Positions 39,951 to 53,700 of a stretch of DNA of 64,000 bases are shown here, piece after piece (the stretch's first letter is position 1; the number at the start of each line of letters is the position of its first letter). The position numbers and the translations under genes are program-made. Under the pieces are notes generated by a model. That model was not told where the DNA came from and did not search any database. It saw only the letters and a list, made by a program, of their open reading frames with translations. The stretch comes from Girardia tigrina (taxonomy: Eukaryota): positions 4,723-68,722 of the forward strand of contig MQRK01167730.1 of the NCBI GenBank assembly GCA_001938485.1, read 5' to 3'.

Positions 39951-42859
39951 ATGGTAATGCTTCTTAATTATGTAGTTTTATTGCGTATTTATGGACTACT
40001 TTTAATTTAAAGTGAATTTTTGTTTTATGGGTCAATTTTTTAGGTAAATATAAAATTTATTGGTCAAATTTTATTTTATAGGTCACTTTTTTGGTTGTCA
40101 TAATTATAATATTATTTAATATTCTGATGTAAATGTTTTATTTATTTTCTTTATGTTAAATAAACAAAATGTATATTATTTTAATAAGGAATTAGTTTCT
40201 TTTAGGTTTGAGTTATATTACAATTGCCTAGGAAGCTGGGAGTGTAGGGTTTAATAATGCAGACAGATGGATTGCTGTTGGGTAATAAAGTTTTTTTTCT
40301 TCGTCAATAATTAATCTATTTGATATAAACTATGAAAAACTACTGTATTTGAAAGTAAATAAAACTTAATTCTTGATTTTCGTCATTAAAAATTTAAATT
40401 CTTTCCAATACTAAATTTCAAGTTTACTGATTTATTTAAGTATTTATTATTAAAAAACCATTGTGAAATGTTCTATTTATTTTTATATAACTTTCTTTCT
40501 GTCTATAATTGTTTTTATATGTTTTAAGGATAAAGAATCAATCATAAAGAATAAAAAACAAAAGGATTATTACTATTAATTCTATTTATTTATTCTTTTT
40601 TTATATTTGTGTTAAATTACATTGATTCTTTCTCTTCCTTCCAGCATATTTCCAATGCAATTACATATATAGATGGGTTTGAAAACGAGTATTTTTTCTC
40701 ATAAAAGTAGTTCAATCTATTAAATTGTCCATGAATAATTAAATAAATAAATAAGAAATATATATAAACAAAATATTTTTTATACTTTTTTCAAAGAAAT
40801 TAAAAAAATTCTTTAAATAAAAAATTTTAAAACAATTGTTTTAATTGTAAAATTTTTAAAAAGGGTCTTTTGTGTTTTTTTAGAAAAATTCATTGTATGT
40901 TACAAAAAGTTATTTAAATAGATTTACGTTATATGAAAAAATTCAATTTTGATTTTTTTTTAATTTAAAGGTTTTTATATTTTAAAAAATTTCCAAAATT
41001 TTTTATTTAAATTAGAATTAAACAATATTCATTGTATACATTAAAGTAAACAAAAATTTCTTTTAAGTTAAAAAGAATTAACATAATTTTACAACAATTT
41101 AAAAACACTCATAATTCTACACTTAATAACAAGTGAAATGTGAGAAAACAGATTCAGTTCGTGCCAGACCACTCTCAGGACATTTGAGTAAGTTGGAGAT
41201 ATGTTTCTGCAAAACATCGTGACAGTTGACGAAACCCCGTCCTCTTTTTATGCACAACGAGTCTCTACAAACTCGCCGCCACTACCACTCTACCACAATC
41301 ACCGTCCGGTATTCAGAGCAACCGGGAGATCTGGAGGAACAATTATTAAGCATATTTAGGGATTTTAGAACTCTATTTATTATAACGGAAGAGAATTTAC
41401 GGCTCCGGTAAAAACAACTTGGATATGTTGGAAAAATTTAATTTTGCTAATAGTAAACCAGGACAAGTTCTTTTTCAATTTTTGTTGTTTCATTAGATAA
41501 AGATAAAGCTGTTCAAGTAAATTAAATTAGCGTGACCATTGAGTAAAGAAGAAAAAATTGAATGTTGATAAGACATATAGTATCACAAGTAAAATGTTCG
41601 TAATAGACAAGAAATACCAAGAATCGTATGTATTCAATAAATGCGTGAGATGATATATTTTTTTTATTTTAAATTAAGTTTATGTAGGATAAACAAAATA
41701 TATTATTTTTTTCTTTATTAATTAAGAAAAAGATGTGACATAAGAAGGCGTCAATAACTATTTGGTGGATGCGCGTATATATTTAATGAATTGGAATATA
41801 AGATTCACAGAAGGTATAATATTCATATCAGAGTCAAAATCAAAAAGAAATAACACAAGTAAAAGGAACAGCTGCCAAATACTTCTGTTAAAAGTTTGTT
41901 ATCAACTACATTTTAATTTTATTTGAAAATTTTCCTTCGATTTTAATATATTAGAAATGATTTTATTAAAAATATACATTTTTACTAAGATTTTCTTCAT
42001 TATAATTACTTTAAAAAGATGTAATAAATATTTTTTTTATTACAAATAATAATAAATAATAAACTTGAAAAAACAAATTCTTATTATTACTATAGGAAAG
42101 GGATGATTGGGCAAACAATCATGTCATAAAGGTTCTATTTTCAAATGTTTAACAGAAAAGTTAAGTGTGAAGCTTGAATATTACCTTTCTGATAACTCGA
42201 TCTTAATAATAAAGCCTGGAAAGTCACTCTCTTCCAATAACTTCATAATGTTGTTAAATATTTAAATTTTTTTCTTTGGTATTTTACTCTCTTTATCTTA
42301 TATTTGAAATTTCGTTTCTTGGTTCTAAAATCTGCTAAATATCTTAAAGTTCTGATTTTCTTTTAAATTATTTTTTTATATAAAAACAAACGTTTTAAAA
42401 TCAACAATCTTGTAAATAAATTCGAATCAATAATGACCAGTGTTATTAATTTTTCTAAAGTTTAAACATTTGACTCCTAAAATGTTTGTTTATAAAACAA
42501 AAAAATACGTATAATCATAGCAATAATCTTTATTAAGATCTATTGTCATTTATTCTACTTATCTTTTATTTACAAAAGCTCATCTTTATTCAACAATACA
42601 TTTAAGGAAATCCCTAAATTTGGTTTCCAACAATTATTTGTTAAGTAATTCTTTATAGAAATTTGAGAAATATTTTAAATTGTGTATGAATATTGTGTGT
42701 TTACTACAGTAATTCAAAGGTTTTTTCGTTTTTCTATGCCTCACATTGTGACAGTTATTTTATATAAATATTCTATCTTGGCATTATTGATTTTTATATT
42801 ATTTATTATGGTATTCCATGACGAATCTCGTTTTACAGTATTAGTATATTAATTGAAGA

Positions 42860-44140
42860 GGTGCAACAGGTCCCCGAAAGTGGAATCTTATGTCGATTGA
42901 GGCGGCATTAGATTGGCTCAACGCAGGAACAACTCTGGGGAAAATCAAAAACTGGTGAGCGAAGAGCAAGTTCGCCATACATAAAATCAAGAAGCTGCAC
43001 CAGATTCATGTGAGTATGGTGCAGAACGAACAAGGCTTGTGTCTCCATCTCCACCAATCCCTTGTATGGGAAAGGACACTTCCGAATGGTGAGACGGAGA
43101 TTATAAGGGATGATACAGACGAGAATATACTGCTCACACTACTTCTGAAGGACAGTGTTTCCGGGACACTAAGAAGATTAGTGGACACACAAATGGACAA
43201 AACAAAGCAGTGCCGGTCGCTTTGCGAGAAGTTTAATGTCTACAATTAGCTTCCACGGTGCTGTTTATGGGGGGGGGCTTGAATTACAGTGAGTGATATT
43301 TCTATCACAAGGCGATGACATACACATTCCCTGTGAATTACCGCCCAGAATGTACGAGAAACAGGGGTCACTGTCGTATTTTTCGCAACAATATGGAAAC
43401 ACTTGCTCACGTGTTGACCGGGTGTCTGTTTAGTGAGGGCTTCAGGAAATATAGACATAACTCGGTCCTCAGGTGCGTATGAGAACAAATAACTCAGTAT
43501 CTTGATTGCACAGTGCACATAGATGTTGAGTGTCAATATGCACCTTCTAGAGATCGAGTTGATCTACAAGTTTATGTACCAGGGTCAAAGCACTTTTATG
43601 TAATAGATATGAGACAACCTGTGTGATTCTGCAAGACACAAAAAGAATAAGAAGAATAGAAGTCTAAGAAATAGAGTTGCCTCAGGAATCCAGGCTCATG
43701 ATGGAGGAAACTGAATATGAACATTTGGAACAGAAATTCACCAAGGATCTTGATCCTGCCGCCCTGGATGCACTCTTACAATCATACAATTATAGAATTA
43801 GAACGCAACAGGGGGTTGAAGAGGATGAAGTCCACGGCTATGAATCATCCGAAGATGAAGAAGAAGTCTCTTTGCCATATAGGAGGCGGGTTGGAGATTC
43901 GCTGAGAATGAAAACAACCCATCATGGGGGGAAGATATATCATCCGATGATGAGTTGATAGGGTTTGAGTGAAAGTGTCGGACTTGGCGGAAATGATCAC
44001 CCAATTGAAGGGTGCGGGGAGAGGCCGCGAGAAAAGAACCCTGTGAAAACCAGGGCACATGTTAAGGACGGCTAAGGCTCGAAACATGGTGCGAATCAAT
44101 ATATGTTCCAACCGGGCACTTTTGCTCACTGACAAAAAAA
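42860..44140 (+). mobile_element. RLE-type (R2/NeSL/R4-like) non-LTR retrotransposon 3' fragment
   Basis: CCHC remnant HCRIFRNNMETLAHVLTGC, YRHNSV, RVDL..., YVIDM; acidic tail; 3' UTR ending in an A7 run. Confidence 0.8.
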
Positions 44141-45333
44141 TGATTCAGATACACTTAGTTTTAATTTTTTATTGTTTTGTATTTTTTTTAATATTAAACT
44201 ATAATTTTGAATAAAAATTGGAAAAAATCGAATTTCAGTAATATAAATTTAGATTTATTTTCAATTTTGTTTTACCTATACGAATAATTATTTTTAATTT
44301 TAATTTATAATTTCCCAATATAAATTTAATGTAAGAAATATGAGATTTTATTTATATTGAAAATAACTAAGATTGAAATATTTAAAATCAATATTCTAAC
44401 CAATTTTATATTGTAAATTAATAATTAATTGTTTATAAATTGAGAAAAATAATTTAATTATTTTGAATATGTTAAAAAGTAATTACATTTCGTAATTTAC
44501 TACCTATAAAAGATTTAAAAGTAATTTAAATTTTTAAGCAATATTAATTTAAAAATTAGGTTATTATTATTTTTTTAATATTATAAATATTAAATATATG
44601 ATTATTATATATTGTGAGATATTACAAATTTAAATTAAAATTAATTAAATAAAATATTACTCAATCAACAAATTTAGAAAATTTCTAAATTATTATTACA
44701 TAACTTTTACGAGGTCGAGAACGGATTTAACCTTTGACTATCCTTTAATTTGGTATATAAACTGTATATGTGTTTGTATGTTAGTTTATTAAATATATTT
44801 TAGTGATGAATCTTAGTCTTCTTACAAATATAATTCTTATCAAATGCTGAGTGATTTGTAAATGTGATTTGGAAATGTATACAATTTAATTCGTTAAGAA
44901 ATGTTAAAATGTGATTTGAGAGGGATATTTTTCGTTTCTTCAAGTGTCAGCTTTGACTTATCAACAATAGTTACTATTATAGATAAAATAAATAATAGAC
45001 TGATTACTCAAATAATCCATTAACTCTCTTCGAATAAATATAGTTTCAAATCATGAATATAATGAATATGAGAAAGCGAAGTAGAGGAAATAACACAATA
45101 TGAGGGAACTTGGAATGTTTCTTGGGTTGAGAGTAATTCGAATGGAATTTGAGGATTTTTTCCATTCTTTTTATTAGCTTACTTTCTATATATATAAATA
45201 GATGAAAATATATATATAGAATGTAAGCTAATAAAAAGAATGGAAAAAAGCCGCAAACTACATTAGAAGTACTCTCCACCCAAGAAACATTCTAAGTACC
45301 CTCCTATTGTGTTATTTTCTCTACTTCACATTC

Positions 45334-45370
<37 letters not shown>

Positions 45371-46069
45371 NNNNNNNNNNNNNNNNNNNNNNNNNNNNNN
45401 NNNNNNNNNNNNNNNNNNNNNNNNNNNNNNNNNNNNNNNNNNNNNNNNNNNNNNNNNNNNNNNNNNNNNNNNNNNNNNNNNNNNNNNNNNNNNNNNNNNN
45501 NNNNNNNNNNNNNNNNNNNNNNNNNNNNNNNNNNNNNNNNNNNNNNNNNNNNNNNNNNNNNNNNNNNNNNNNNNNNNNNNNNNNNNNNNNNNNNNNNNNN
45601 NNNNNNNNNNNNNNNNNNNNNNNNNNNNNNNNNNNNNNNNNNNNNNNNNNNNNNNNNNNNNNNNNNNNNNNNNNNNNNNNNNNNNNNNNNNNNNNNNNNN
45701 NNNNNNNNNNNNNNNNNNNNNNNNNNNNNNNNNNNNNNNNNNNNNNNNNNNNNNNNNNNNNNNNNNNNNNNNNNNNNNNNNNNNNNNNNNNNNNNNNNNN
45801 NNNNNNNNNNNNNNNNNNNNNNNNNNNNNNNNNNNNNNNNNNNNNNNNNNNNNNNNNNNNNNNNNNNNNNNNNNNNNNNNNNNNNNNNNNNNNNNNNNNN
45901 NNNNNNNNNNNNNNNNNNNNNNNNNNNNNNNNNNNNNNNNNNNNNNNNNNNNNNNNNNNNNNNNNNNNNNNNNNNNNNNNNNNNNNNNNNNNNNNNNNNN
46001 NNNNTCTCTATTCTAGAGACGACAGTTCCTAATCTCAATATCTGTGCAAATAATAAATCTAGAAAGCTT

Positions 46070-46575
46070 TTGGACTACTCGATTATTCCAGACAGTCCAT
46101 TGCCTTCTAAAGCTATACCTTGTCCGGATAAAAAAGATAAAAACATTTCCTCCAACGTCAATGATAGAACCATTGATTTTTCATGTGAAAACTTTGACAG
46201 TCCATTAAGAAAGAATAATTCTTGTATACTGAATCAAGCTGTGATTCTTGAATCACCCAATACAATATCCGACTTAGATGATTCTTCTTATGTCTTCAAA
46301 ACACCTCAGAAACCGGTCAGGTCAGCCGTAAACAAATCGAATGTGAATGATGTATCTTATATCTGTTCACCTATTGTACGTCAACGATTTAAAGCGGTGT
46401 CTAATTCTAACGGTCACAGTTATGAGAATGAATCTGACGCAATTAGTTTCCTTAATTCATCAATGCTGACAGAAGTATCAAGCTTATGCTTTCAAAAATA
46501 CAAATGCCTTAAAGTACTCGGAGAAGGAGGATATAGCAAGGTGTTTGAAGCTATCAAATTAAGAACCTCTGCGGA
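46070..46575 (+). pseudogene. Protein kinase fragment (disordered S/T-P-rich region + subdomain I), Bub1/Mps1-like
   Basis: FKTPQKP; YKCLKVLGEGGYSKVFEA Gly-rich loop; breaks off at (TA)n before the subdomain II Lys; upstream lies in a gap. Confidence 0.6.
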
Positions 46576-48829
46576 GATACAACATATATATATATATATA
46601 TGAAATTTAGAAACCTGTTTTTGAAGGCTTTTTACTCAATCGATTTTCTTTAAACTTTGCACACTTACTCATTCTCTATAACAATAATTGATTATGCAAA
46701 TATTTGATCGAAAAAAACTTTTTAAAATTCCAAAATGGAAAAAAAACGGAAAATTCGGAGTTCCCGAACAATATTAATTGCAAGATATCTACTTATAAAT
46801 TATAAGTAGTTTATCTAAATTTTTTATGTGTTTTTGTAATTAAAATTTTTTAAATTTTACAAACTTTATTGGCAAAGTAGAGTTCTGTCTGCATAAAGAA
46901 TGGATATAAAAAATTAAATTTTTTGATTTACTAGTTATGTGTTAGTAATACTAAAGGTAGCTTTCTTGCATTCGTGCATCTAAAGCCGTGCAAGAAAGTC
47001 AGTAGGCTCTGTATTGTCTATTTATGGTTTATACCCGATACAGAGTCTATGATTCACTACCCTGTACGCCAATACTGGTATTGTAGTCTCTACAATACTC
47101 AGTTATCCATTCAGTCGGGGGAGGCTTATTAAAGGTAGCTAGATATTCTAAAAATTATTAATTCGTTTCATCGACAATGAAATTCCATTGTAATTGATGT
47201 TTGATATTACAATTGTAATATTGGTTATTATAATTATTACAATAAAATCCCTACTACTTGAGTGGTAACGGTCGCTGAAAGCAAGGCCTTCAAGTATGGA
47301 TTTGGAGTGATATTAAAAAAAGCAACAAAATAATGATGTATACGTATACGTATTTATATATAATATAATATAAATATATATTGTTTTAAAACGAAAATTT
47401 ATAATTTTATTAAAATATTTGTTTTATTGTAGTGGATAAAGAAACGGTAACTAGAGAAAGAGTTTTCTAAAGTCGATGTCGTTTTCAATTGATAGATCGT
47501 GTTGAATGTCGAACATAATCAGGATTCCTGATTACGGAATTGCTAGATCAACTGAGAAATAGAAAATTAAACTTCAAAAAAACCATTGAAGAATTCAATT
47601 ATGAAAGATTTTGAAATAAAAATAGTTAGGAAAAGGATAGAAGAAACAATACGATGATATTTGAAAGAATCTCTCAAGTACGAGAAACGGTCCTCTAGAG
47701 CTAGTTCTATAAGTACACTTTACTTTTACTGTTTATAAGTTTCAATCAATAATATTTTTAGATAAGTATATTTTGAAATATAATTTCTGTTAATAACAAA
47801 TAGTTGAAACATCCTGAATTGCTTCAAATGTTAAAAAAACATTGTTATTTAATCCGTTGGAAATCATTTTTGGATTAATGAAGACTTCCTGTAGATGGCA
47901 ACTTGACGAAGAAAAGATTGTTTTGCAGTAATGAATTCCGTATCAAATATCGAGTTTCTAATACCTTTCAAGAAGTTTTTTGGATAAAATTTAAATTAAA
48001 TTAATAAATATTTATTTTTTAAAAATCTTAGATTTATACTAAATTTTGCTGGGTAATTTTTTTTTGAAAAAAATAACATTTTTAATTGATTATAAATGAC
48101 AATATTTCTTATGGGCAATAATAATAATGAATTTAATAATCATTAATAACACGAATAATAATTGTAATATTATTTATTTAACGAAAGCAGTTTGTAGAAA
48201 TAAAGTAAAAAATCGTCACAAAAGTCGGTTTGAGCAGAGGATTGAAACAAAAAATTCAAAGTATTTCAGAAATCAATATTATCAAATTTTTATTCATGCC
48301 CCCCTAAAATGGCGCCACTGATTCTGCGAGGTACGACACCTGTCGGAACTTGAGATCGGAATTATTTTCAAAGAGAATTTGATTTAAATTTTCGGTACCA
48401 ATATTACCGGAATCATTTGTCGGTTTGTTCACCGCTAATACTCATAAATTATTTAATTTTCTGAATTATCCTTTTAATCTTAATAATTTTCCAAATTACG
48501 TGGTTAATTTGTGATTGTAAGATAAGGCTTTGTGATGATTAACAAAGGAAGATAACCTTTTGTCGGTCCCAGTACCGCACACGACAACATTGGTCTCACT
48601 AAAGAGAGAGTTGAATTAGAAATTTTAAATATTAAAAATAAATACTAAAATATGAGGAAATATGAGGAAAAATTCGGAATATTTGAAGAAATGTTTTCCT
48701 GATCAAAACAGAAATATTTATTCTTAGCGGAATCTGAAATACTCAAATTTCATACATAATTAAATTCAAATCCATTACTAAAATTAAATTTACTCTTTTA
48801 AAAGGGCTTTTGAAATATTAAAATAAAAG

Positions 48830-48955
48830 CCAGAAAAAAAGATTCTCTTTAATCTCTATTATATTTACAAATAGACCACTGAAGAGAGAACAATTTTGAC
48901 TCTGAGGATAATGAACATGCATAATATTTAGAGCACCGACACAATTACTATGCGC
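48830..48955 (-). mobile_element. Possible PIF/Harbinger transposase scrap
   Basis: HSNCVGALNIMHVH resembles FPNCVGALDGKHV. Confidence 0.3.
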
Positions 48956-48959
48956 ACAT

Positions 48960-49416
48960 TTATTACTAAAACATTTAGAGTCATCAAAACTCTCGGACGA
49001 TTTTTCACCATTTGTCATCGTTCTAATTATGGTAGTTCTGAATTTTTATTAATGATAACAAATTTCCTAACACTTTATTAATCTCTTAACGTTAATATAT
49101 TTCATGAAATTATAAAAAATATTTAAGTAATTTACAAATTATTTCAGACCTCTAAAATGTCTTTAATTAAAACATTAAACACACTTATTTTAATTTTTTA
49201 AAAGTATTACTAATATTAGAAATTACCCTATATTATTATTTTAAAAATTTTAATTTTATCAGATTATAAAATTTTCATTAATTTTAAAAACATAAATTCT
49301 GTTCGCAAATACAATAAAGCACCAATTTTCCAACTAGGTTGGAGAATCACACTTCCTATTTAAGCACACTCAAATGAACACACCACATCCATACGCAATT
49401 TAAAATATTCCTCACA
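48960..49416. mobile_element. Solo-LTR family copy (left end unclear)
   Basis: Shares TTTAGAGTCATCAAAACTCTCGG with ~56078 and the ...AAAATATTCCTCACA terminus. Confidence 0.7.
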
Positions 49417-49619
49417 TATACATTAAAAAAACTTATAACATTTGGATGGAAAATGAGTCATTTGTATTTTAGTATAATAATAAATTTAAAGTTATTAATT
49501 TTTTAAAAACAAAACCTTTCCAAACAATTAAGTACATTCACTCAGTTTATATCAAAGAACATGTGTAGAATGAAAAGAAAAGTAATTTCTCCTTAAGATT
49601 ATTGATAAAACTACCAAAT

Positions 49620-50170
49620 TCATCAACAATCAATTCATCTTCAAATTATTGTCAAATTGTTGAGAGTAAGGAGAAGAGGTACATCAAAGCCACCCCACAA
49701 GTGTGTTCTAAGATCGGTAAGCACCCCGGAACTTTAGAAGCAAATTTAGATCTTGCTTTGAAAGTCAAAGTATACTTGTTTCAGATAATCAGAGTATGTA
49801 TATCAGAGACAACAATGCGGTACATTATCAAGAGTGATCGAAAACCTTTTCTCTGTTGCACATGTTTAAAAAAAGGTACACATGTTTAATGACTTGAAAG
49901 AAAACGATTGCTTCCCCCATGGGGCCTAGAGTCAAGCTTTGGTCACCAAAATGAGAAGCTTTCCAATTTAGTAGAGCAATCTGACAGCTTTCAAAACATC
50001 AAGTAACTATTTTTTCTCATCCTCTACTATGCTATACACATTAGTTGCTCCAACTTCTTTAAGTCGGTGATGGTTTGGACAGAAGTCTGGTCAACGAGTA
50101 AAGCTCTTCTAATCTTCATTGGCAAGTACAACAAATTCAACAGTATCGTATATGTTAATGACATCAGTAA
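49620..50170 (+). mobile_element. Tc1/mariner-superfamily transposase remnant
   Basis: ISETTMRYIIKSD; SVMVWTEVWSTSKALLIFI...FNSIVYVNDI. Confidence 0.65.
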
Positions 50171-50756
50171 AAGTCAATACAGAGCACAAAAGTTTTTTTT
50201 ATTTTTAAAAAATCGCTATTCGCATTTGAAATTGCTTAGTCCTTTTAAATAATTTTTTGTCCGTCATTTTTTATATTTATCTATACATTATTTATTACTG
50301 TTGTTATTTTGCATTCAGTTTACTTTCTTCTCATTTTATATTTAATCTTTCTTTATAATTATTAATTTAGTTTTAATTGTTAAAAAATAAAAGAAATGTG
50401 AAAATTTGATTAATGTAGAATTTTTTGTTTATTTTGAAATTTTGTTTTGTTAATTAGATTTCTTTGAGAACTAATTCACTATAGTAAGACTAATTTAAAT
50501 TTTAAAATAAAATCATCTATGGCAAAATCGGTTAATCGATACTGTCATAGATAATTAAATTTAATAATTAATTTTATTATAATAAATAATATAATATTAT
50601 ATTATAAGTTTCCTAATCCAGTTCTACCCTTCATGGGGCTGTCACTTTCAATAAGACCTCCATACAGGGACAAGAAAAGGATTATAAAGAAAAATATATT
50701 TTTTAATATAAATAAAATATATTGTCCGGTAAAAATTCAAGAGTGAATGGTGGATT

Positions 50757-53700
50757 TGTAACAGTAATTATTAAACAAATTAATTCGCTTGTTTAAATAA
50801 ACTGTTAGTCATAATTATTAAGAACACTAACATGGCTTTTTAAACTTTTATTTTCATTACAATCAGAATTGTCTTTTGGACAACTCTCAGCAAAACTCTC
50901 GTCATTCGACATCGTTCTAAATTGATAATTTTTTATTAATGTTTGTTAATTTTTATTTACATATTAATTTTATTTAAAAATTATTTTATGTAAAGAAAGA
51001 ACATTTAATTAATTCAAAACTTAGTTAAAACTATTTATTTTATTTAAATTTTAATATGAAGATTTGAAAAGATTTAATATTTTTAATGTTTTTATATATC
51101 ATATGCTGTACTTTAAAATATAAATTATACTCGAATAATTATTTATCGTGAACATCTAAAATATCAATTTTCCATGTGGGTGGGAGAAACACATTTCCAA
51201 ATACTAAACTCAACATACAAAATTCAACAAACCAATTTCAACATACCAAATTTAAAATATTCCTCATAATAATAAATAAAAAATTTAAATTTGACTTCAG
51301 CATTTTGATTTACCATAATAATTGGCGTCATCAGCTGGATAAAAGGAATTCAATGGAGATTCTCGAGAAGATGGATATATCAGATCCGAACAGCCTTCAT
51401 GATTGGTATAAAATGTTTGAGATCTACTTCTCAATCCAACAAAAAAATCATAAGAAAATAAAACCGCACATTTCCTAACGATGATCGTCAAAGAAGTATA
51501 TTACCTAGTTCGAAATCTGGTATATCTTGAATCAGTCTCAAAAAAATCCGTTCAATCACTTCTACGAGCGCATATGCTACCAGCAAAATACGAGATCATC
51601 GAAAGGACAAAAATTCACAGCATCACTCGACACTCAGATGAGAAATACAAAGAAGTTTTTACTCCGGATTCAAATACAGGCTTCTAAATGCAATTTTGAG
51701 GATCAATTGGAAATTCAAATTAGAGATAGAATCGATGCGGGAATCAACAACACTGAAATTCAACAGAAGTTATTACGAGAGAAGAATCTCTCATATCACA
51801 AAGCCTGCAATATCTTACAAGAATATAATGATTTATACAATTCAACGACAATTCCAGTTTTTCAAGTGAACAGAGATGGCAAATACAAAAAGGACATCAG
51901 AAAAGAATATTCTCAAAAGAGAGTCCCTGGATATAAAGAAACATCAAATTAATATAATACCAGGATCAAAATCGGACTTTGTCAGTTTTGTGATGTAAAC
52001 ATTTTTGCTGTTCATATAAATTCAGGAACGCAATCTGTCATCAATGCAAAAAAAGTTCATATAGCAAAGGTTTGCAGATCCGAAAACACATAAGTTCATC
52101 CAAAAGCAGAAAATGCTTCAGAAGAGAACTTAGACACATAAATGTTATCATTTTCTATCGATTCAACTTTATCCATACATGAGGAATTGAGCTTCGATAA
52201 TGGGATAAACCATTAGTTTATTCTAGATACCGAAAGTCCAATCAACTTTGTGCTCATTTGCCTGCCGGAAAGTCTGAAATTGGGAAACAAACAACTATAT
52301 CGTCAACTTCAGTCGCAATACGCGGAGTATCAGGTCAAAAACATCTCGTATATGGAAAATACTTGATGAACGTATTAAAAGATGGAGGAAAGGTATCTTT
52401 AAATTTCTATATTACAGCAGACGGACCAAGTGTACTCGGACTGGATGGATTAAAAAGCTACAAATACTTTCTTTAGCAGTACAGTCAAATTCAGAGAATA
52501 TGGTACTTACAGGAGAAATAGAAAGTCTCGTATATACGTACAGCAATGTGAAAGGTGGTATCCAAATTCCACCAATTTCAATAAAAATTTCATCCAATCC
52601 AATCTTTCTCAAAGCTCAACCGAGAGCGTTTGCCTCACAGGAGTCATTTAAGAAGGAATTAGACCAACTAGTGCTTGAAGGAATAATCCAATACGTCGAA
52701 TCAAGTTCATGAGCAACTCCTATCGTAACGCATCTGAAACCAAACGGTCAACCAAGAATATGTGGAGATTATCGAATATCCATCAATCCACATTTGGAAC
52801 AGACCGCATCAACTACGCAACCAGTTGAAGAAATGTTTATTAATTTGAAAGGAAACTTATTTTATCAAACATCGATCTCACTCAAGCATTTCTTCAGATA
52901 TCTCTAAACGAAAAAAAACAAAAAAGCTGACCACCATCATTATATAACTTTTTCCCATTTAGATTATCAGTATATCCGAATGTTTTTTAGACAACAATTA
53001 ATGAAGTTATTAAAGGAATTCAAGGAGTCAGAGCATATCAACACGGTCTTATTGTTTTTGGAAAATCATTGGAAAAAAACAAAAGAAACCTGAAACAATT
53101 CAATGTGAAAATCAATGCGTCCAAATTCATCTTTGAGGTTCCAAAAATTAAATATCTGGACTATTGCATCGATGGAAACGGTATAACTCTAGATCAACAA
53201 AGAATTCAACCAATAATTAAAGCTTGAAAACCAACAATAATGATTGAACTAAAATCATTTCTAGGATTTATGCAATATTATGCCTCATTTTTCCACCATT
53301 GCAGTACCTCTATTCGAAATGCTCTTACAGAAACAATTCAATTGGAATCCGAAGGAAAATCAGGCCTGCGAAAATCTTGTATCATAAATAATTTCGAGAA
53401 AGTAGATGCTTCGGAATTTGAACAGGGGAGCGTTTTAGAACAGTCAGGTCAACCAATTATTTTCATATAACGTCGATTGTCTAGGGCAGAACGTCATTAT
53501 TCACAAACGCAAAAAGAAGCCCTAGCTATTCCCTGGGCCGTAAAACGATTTTACAAGTACCTATTCGGGAACAAATTTCTGATAACAACAGATCACAAAG
53601 CTTTGGAACACATATTCAATACAAAACAATCGTCATCTAAAACAGTATCCAGCATAATTCAAAGATGGGTTCTAATTATAACTCCATATAATTATGACAT

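Noticed and set aside
41139-41416. Possible TG...CA solo LTR of another family
   Set aside because: No TSD and no second copy in the window
44055-44092. Hammerhead-like ...GAAACATG motif in the LINE 3' UTR
   Set aside because: No CUGANGA core and no UH after the loop; better explained as a simple hairpin
45304-46038. Long ORFs of 235-244 aa (also 24142-24787 and 10526-10753)
   Set aside because: Artefacts of N runs and (TA)n
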